Sequence record: SRR20825010_48
Length of the DNA stretch: 20,000 nt
Reading direction: 5' to 3' (one strand)
The notes beneath the pieces were generated by a model. That model did no database searches. It saw nothing but the letters and a program-made list of their open reading frames with translations, and was not told the DNA's origin. Positions 16,433 through 20,000 of this stretch are shown here, in pieces. Made by a program: the position numbers and the translations under genes. Numbering within the stretch: position 1 is the stretch's first letter; each line of letters opens with the position of its first letter.

Positions 16433-17376
16433 CAGAAACCCCCACCCTGTTGCCACGCCATGAGCGCTTCATCGCTTTTGTCTTTTGTGCCTTCAGCCTT
16501 GCTGACGATATCTTCTGCTCGCAGTTTTGCGCCAAGTTCAAGCTCTTTGAGTTCGTCATTTTCGGAGCCGGTTTTTGCGAGAATTTCACGGAAGGAGACA
16601 AGCGGGTCCGCCACCTTCTGCAGGGCGCGATAGCCTTGTGCATCACCGTGATAATGGCCACTGATGCGCGGCACTTTCGCCTCGACAAACGCGGGGCTAC
16701 CAGTTTTGCGTACCCAGCCCACCAGCCTGTCCGCGGTGCGCAAAAGAAGCGGCATATCATTGCCGTCCACCTGTTCTGCCGCGATGCCAAAGGCGCGTGT
16801 GCGGCCTATTAGCGAGCCCGCTGTGGCGTATCCTGAACCGGTTGACTGGCCGAGGCCGTTGTTTTCCACCACAAACAACAAAGGCAGCTGCAAGCTCACC
16901 GCCAGGTTGATGGTCTCGAACACCGCCCCCTGGTTAACCGCCCCGTCGCCCATAAAGGCAACAGCAATACCGCCTGTGCGCAGTGTTTTGGCAGAAAGCG
17001 CGGCACCCGCCGCCAGCGGCACTTGCCCGCCCACAATACCATTTGAGGTGAGAAAACCGCTTTCGGGCGCGAGAAGATGCTGTGTACCGCCAAGCCCGTT
17101 CGAGAGGCCACCAGCCCGCCCGAGTATTTCACGCGCCAGCGCCAGCGGGTCTACCCCGCACGCCAGCGCAAGGCCATGGCTGCGGTGCGAGCCGCTGACC
17201 TGATCAAGCGGGCCTTCCAGCTGGTCGATAACCGCAAGCTCAACAAGCTCCGCACCGGATGCCAGATGCACGAGCCCCGGCACATGCCCCGCGTCGCTTG
17301 CGGCCGCAATGCGTTCCTCAAACGCGCGCATGAAAACAGCGCGCTCATATAATATTTTCAAATCCGTCAAATTCAT
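16432..17376 (-). CDS. TPP-dependent dehydrogenase E1 alpha subunit, AcoA-like
   Basis: PGLVHL, SHRSHG, NGIVG, TPP motif GDGAVNQG...ENN and RISGHYHGDAQGYR. Confidence 0.88.
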   Translation of the reverse strand: MNLTDLKILYERAVFMRAFEERIAAASDAGHVPGLVHLASGAELVELAVIDQLEGPLDQVSGSHRSHGLALACGVDPLALAREILGRAGGLSNGLGGTQHLLAPESGFLTSNGIVGGQVPLAAGAALSAKTLRTGGIAVAFMGDGAVNQGAVFETINLAVSLQLPLLFVVENNGLGQSTGSGYATAGSLIGRTRAFGIAAEQVDGNDMPLLLRTADRLVGWVRKTGSPAFVEAKVPRISGHYHGDAQGYRALQKVADPLVSFREILAKTGSENDELKELELGAKLRAEDIVSKAEGTKDKSDEALMAWQQGGGF

Positions 17377-17594
17377 CCTGGCATGTATAACAGCACCGGG
17401 CGGCCTGTGTCATCGTGTGTCGTCGGCTGTGTAGATGACTTTTTTGCGCGTATCGTGTGAACAGACACCAAGAAATTGGTGCATTCGACACCAAAATGCG
17501 CCATAAGCCCCCAAGCTCCCTGATCAGCCTCTCATTCTGGCTTGAAAACGGCGGATATCACCGGATTGTGTCACTCCAGTATATCATTCTGGCA

Positions 17595-17621
17595 TTGACT
17601 CAAGGGTATCACTGCCCATAT
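17595..17621 (+). promoter_or_regulatory. Putative RpoH (sigma32)-type promoter of the suf operon
   Basis: TTG (17595-17597), 17 nt, CCCATAT (17615-17621), matching the alphaproteobacterial RpoH pattern TTG-N17/18-CCYATAT. Confidence 0.6.
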
Positions 17622-17624
17622 GTA

Positions 17625-17649
17625 AAACCTGAGTAATTTGGTAAGATTT
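17625..17649. promoter_or_regulatory. IscR/Rrf2-type operator
   Basis: AAACCTGAGTAATTTGGTAAGATTT is an imperfect palindrome. By hand it matches 19/25 positions of the type-1 IscR consensus ATASYYGACTRWWWYAGTCRRSTAT, and it sits upstream of the Rrf2 gene. Confidence 0.7.
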
Positions 17650-17741
17650 ATAAGGCCTGCCTCTAGCGTCGGTAAAAAGCGCAGTTTTCCGCCAAAAAAT
17701 CGACCAGAAAACAGAGATGCAGCCAGCAAGGACCGATCACA

Positions 17742-18194
17742 ATGATTCGGCTAACCAATTTAGCAGACTATGCCGTGGTGTTGATGTGCGAAATGTCGCA
17801 CACCGACGGTCGTGTCAGTGCACAAGACCTGGCGACAGCCACCAGCATCCCCGCACCAACAGTTGCGAAGATATTGAACGCACTGGGGCGGGCGGAACTT
17901 TTGCAGTCCCATCGCGGTTTGAAGGGTGGTTTTGCGCTCTCAAAAAGCACGGACGACATTACGGTTGCCGATATCATTGAGGCGATTGATGGTCCGATCT
18001 CGCTGACCCACTGTGCCGACACCGGCACGAGCGACTGCTGTTACGATGATATCTGCCAGATGCGGCCGCGCTGGCAGGTGATCAACAGCGCGGTGAAAAA
18101 TGCGCTGGCGGATGTGAAGCTTTCATCTATCGCCGCGTTCGGAAGCCCGGAAGAAATGGCCGCACGTTTTGAAAAGCGTGCAAAATCGGCCTGA
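17742..18194 (+). CDS. Rrf2-family SUF-system Fe-S cluster assembly regulator (IscR-like)
   Basis: MIRLTNLADYAVV, IP-PTVAKIL, S-RG-KGGF-L, IIEAIDGPI and the Cys cluster CADTGTSDCCYDDIC. Directly upstream of sufB. Confidence 0.93.
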   Translation: MIRLTNLADYAVVLMCEMSHTDGRVSAQDLATATSIPAPTVAKILNALGRAELLQSHRGLKGGFALSKSTDDITVADIIEAIDGPISLTHCADTGTSDCCYDDICQMRPRWQVINSAVKNALADVKLSSIAAFGSPEEMAARFEKRAKSA

Positions 18195-18240
18195 AAGATC
18201 GGCCTGAGTATAGTTTAAACAATGTCAAGGAGCCGCCATT

Positions 18241-19710
18241 ATGGCTGGAACCGCCGAAGCCCAAAAACAGATCGCAGAAGTCACTGGTGACTATAAGTAT
18301 GGTTTTGTCACCGACATCGACATGGACATGGCCCCCAAAGGCTTGTCCGAAGATGTGATCCGTTTCATTTCCGCCAAGAAAGAAGAGCCCGAGTGGATGC
18401 TCGAGTGGCGGCTGAAGGCTTACCGTGCGTGGCTGAAGATGGACGAGCCTGATTGGGCGAAGGTCAATTACCCCAAGATCGACTATAACGACATCTATTA
18501 TTACGCCGCACCAAAGAAGAAGGACGGTCCCAAAAGCCTTGATGAGGTGGACCCGGAACTTCTGCGCACATACGAGAAACTTGGCATCCCCATCCGCGAG
18601 CAGGAAGTGCTGGCGGGCGTTGAGGGTTCCGCCAAGGTTGCGGTTGATGCGGTGTTTGACAGCGTATCTGTTGCCACCACCTTCCGCGAAGAGCTTAAAA
18701 AAGCCGGCGTGATTTTCATGTCGATCTCGGAAGCCGTGCGTGAATACCCGGACATGGTGAAAAAATACCTGGCGACCGTGGTACCGGTCAGGGACAATTA
18801 TTTCGCTGCGCTCAACTGCGCTGTGTTCACCGACGGCACCTTTGTTTATGTGCCCAAGGGGGTGCGCTGTCCGATGGAGCTTTCTACCTATTTCCGTATC
18901 AACGCCGAGAATACCGGCCAGTTTGAGCGCACGCTCATTGTGGCCGATGAAGGCTCCTACGTATCTTATCTTGAGGGCTGTACCGCCCCGATGCGGGACG
19001 AAAACCAGCTGCACGCAGCCGTGGTTGAACTGGTAGCGCTTGATGACGCCGAGATTAAATATTCAACGGTGCAAAACTGGTATCCAGGCGACAAAAACGG
19101 CAAGGGCGGTATTTATAATTTCGTGACCAAACGTGCGCTCTGCAAAGGTAAAAACTCGAAAGTAAGCTGGACCCAGGTTGAGACAGGCTCCGCCGTTACC
19201 TGGAAATACCCAAGCTGTGTGCTGGCGGGTGAAGGCAGCGTGGGTGAGTTCTACTCTGTTGCTGTCACCAACAATTACCAGCAGGCGGACACCGGCACCA
19301 AAATGATCCATATGGCGCCCAACACACGCTCTACCATTATCTCCAAGGGTATTTCTGCGGGCAAGTCCCAGAACACTTATCGCGGGCTGGTACGGGTGAT
19401 GTCGGGGGCTGAGAATGTACGTAATTACACCCAGTGCGATTCGCTTCTGGTGTCGTCGGAATGCGGCGCCCACACCGTGCCTTATATTGAAGTGAAAAAC
19501 CCGACCGCGCAGATCGAGCATGAGGCCACCACCTCCAAGATCTCTGAAGACCAGATGTTCTATTGCCGCGCGCGGGGGCTGGATGAAGAAGAAGCGGTCG
19601 CCATGATCGTTAACGGTTTCTGTAAAGAAGTTATGCAACACTTGCCGATGGAATTTGCTGTGGAAGCCCAGAAGCTTCTCGGTATCTCCCTTGAAGGCAG
19701 TGTTGGTTAA
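18241..19710 (+). CDS. sufB: Fe-S cluster assembly protein SufB
   Basis: [69 protein letters not shown] and LEGSVG. AAGGAG RBS. Confidence 0.98.
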   Translation: MAGTAEAQKQIAEVTGDYKYGFVTDIDMDMAPKGLSEDVIRFISAKKEEPEWMLEWRLKAYRAWLKMDEPDWAKVNYPKIDYNDIYYYAAPKKKDGPKSLDEVDPELLRTYEKLGIPIREQEVLAGVEGSAKVAVDAVFDSVSVATTFREELKKAGVIFMSISEAVREYPDMVKKYLATVVPVRDNYFAALNCAVFTDGTFVYVPKGVRCPMELSTYFRINAENTGQFERTLIVADEGSYVSYLEGCTAPMRDENQLHAAVVELVALDDAEIKYSTVQNWYPGDKNGKGGIYNFVTKRALCKGKNSKVSWTQVETGSAVTWKYPSCVLAGEGSVGEFYSVAVTNNYQQADTGTKMIHMAPNTRSTIISKGISAGKSQNTYRGLVRVMSGAENVRNYTQCDSLLVSSECGAHTVPYIEVKNPTAQIEHEATTSKISEDQMFYCRARGLDEEEAVAMIVNGFCKEVMQHLPMEFAVEAQKLLGISLEGSVG

Positions 19711-19724
19711 AGTTGGAAAAAGTG

Positions 19725-20000
19725 ATGCTTAAAATCAAAGACCTCCATATCAATGTCGCCGAAAAAGAGATCGTCAAAGGCCTGAGCCTTGAGATCAAGG
19801 CAGGCGAAACCCATGCGATCATGGGCCTGAACGGTGCGGGTAAATCCACGCTGGCAGCTGCCATCGCAGGGCGCGACGACTATGAAGTCACCTCAGGCTC
19901 GATCGAGTTTAACGGCAAGGATTTCCTCGCCCTTGAACCGCACGAACGTGTGGGCGAAGGCCTGTTCCTTGGCTTCCAGTATCCGGTGGAAATTCCTGGT
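19725..20000 (+). CDS. sufC: Fe-S cluster assembly ATPase SufC (5' part; runs off the right edge)
   Basis: Not in the ORF track. Manual translation gives MLKIKDLHINVAEKEIVKGLSLEIKAGETHAIMGLNGAGKSTL...GLFLGFQYPVEIPG, with a Walker A motif and the SufC FQYPVEIPG signature. Confidence 0.96.
   Translation, partial: MLKIKDLHINVAEKEIVKGLSLEIKAGETHAIMGLNGAGKSTLAAAIAGRDDYEVTSGSIEFNGKDFLALEPHERVGEGLFLGFQYPVEIPG

Noticed and set aside
18127-19641. 295-aa and 192-aa minus-strand ORFs opposite sufB
   Set aside because: These are antisense shadows of a highly conserved gene.
1-20000. CRISPR arrays, tRNA/rRNA, phage or defence genes
   Set aside because: There are no regularly spaced repeat arrays or RNA-gene signatures, and the intergenic gaps are short and explained by promoters or terminators.

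Overview
Alphaproteobacterial chromosome segment (gcrA, argD-argF-hslO and an Rrf2-sufBC operon are diagnostic; I cannot assign the genus with confidence). From left to right: (1) a divergent pair sharing an AT-rich 312-bp intergenic region, with an Oar-type TonB-dependent receptor on + and a DUF819 membrane protein followed by a truncated lipoprotein resembling NlpC/P60-SH3 peptidases on -, a probable cell-wall-peptide scavenging locus; (2) an accessory module of a secreted NIPSNAP protein, a membrane-anchored one-component LytTR regulator, 21-bp-phased direct repeats and a secreted TraB/EreA-like hypothetical protein; (3) housekeeping hslO, argF and argD; (4) BON-MscS, DUF2267, an ABC-2 permease and gcrA; (5) cytochrome c' convergent on an operon of divergent acetoin-dehydrogenase-like E1 alpha/beta plus cytochrome b, with no E2/E3; (6) Rrf2 regulator, sufB and the start of sufC, behind an IscR-like box and a sigma32-like promoter. 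I saw no RNA genes, CRISPR arrays or mobile elements. All family calls come from motif recognition by eye, not from database searches.
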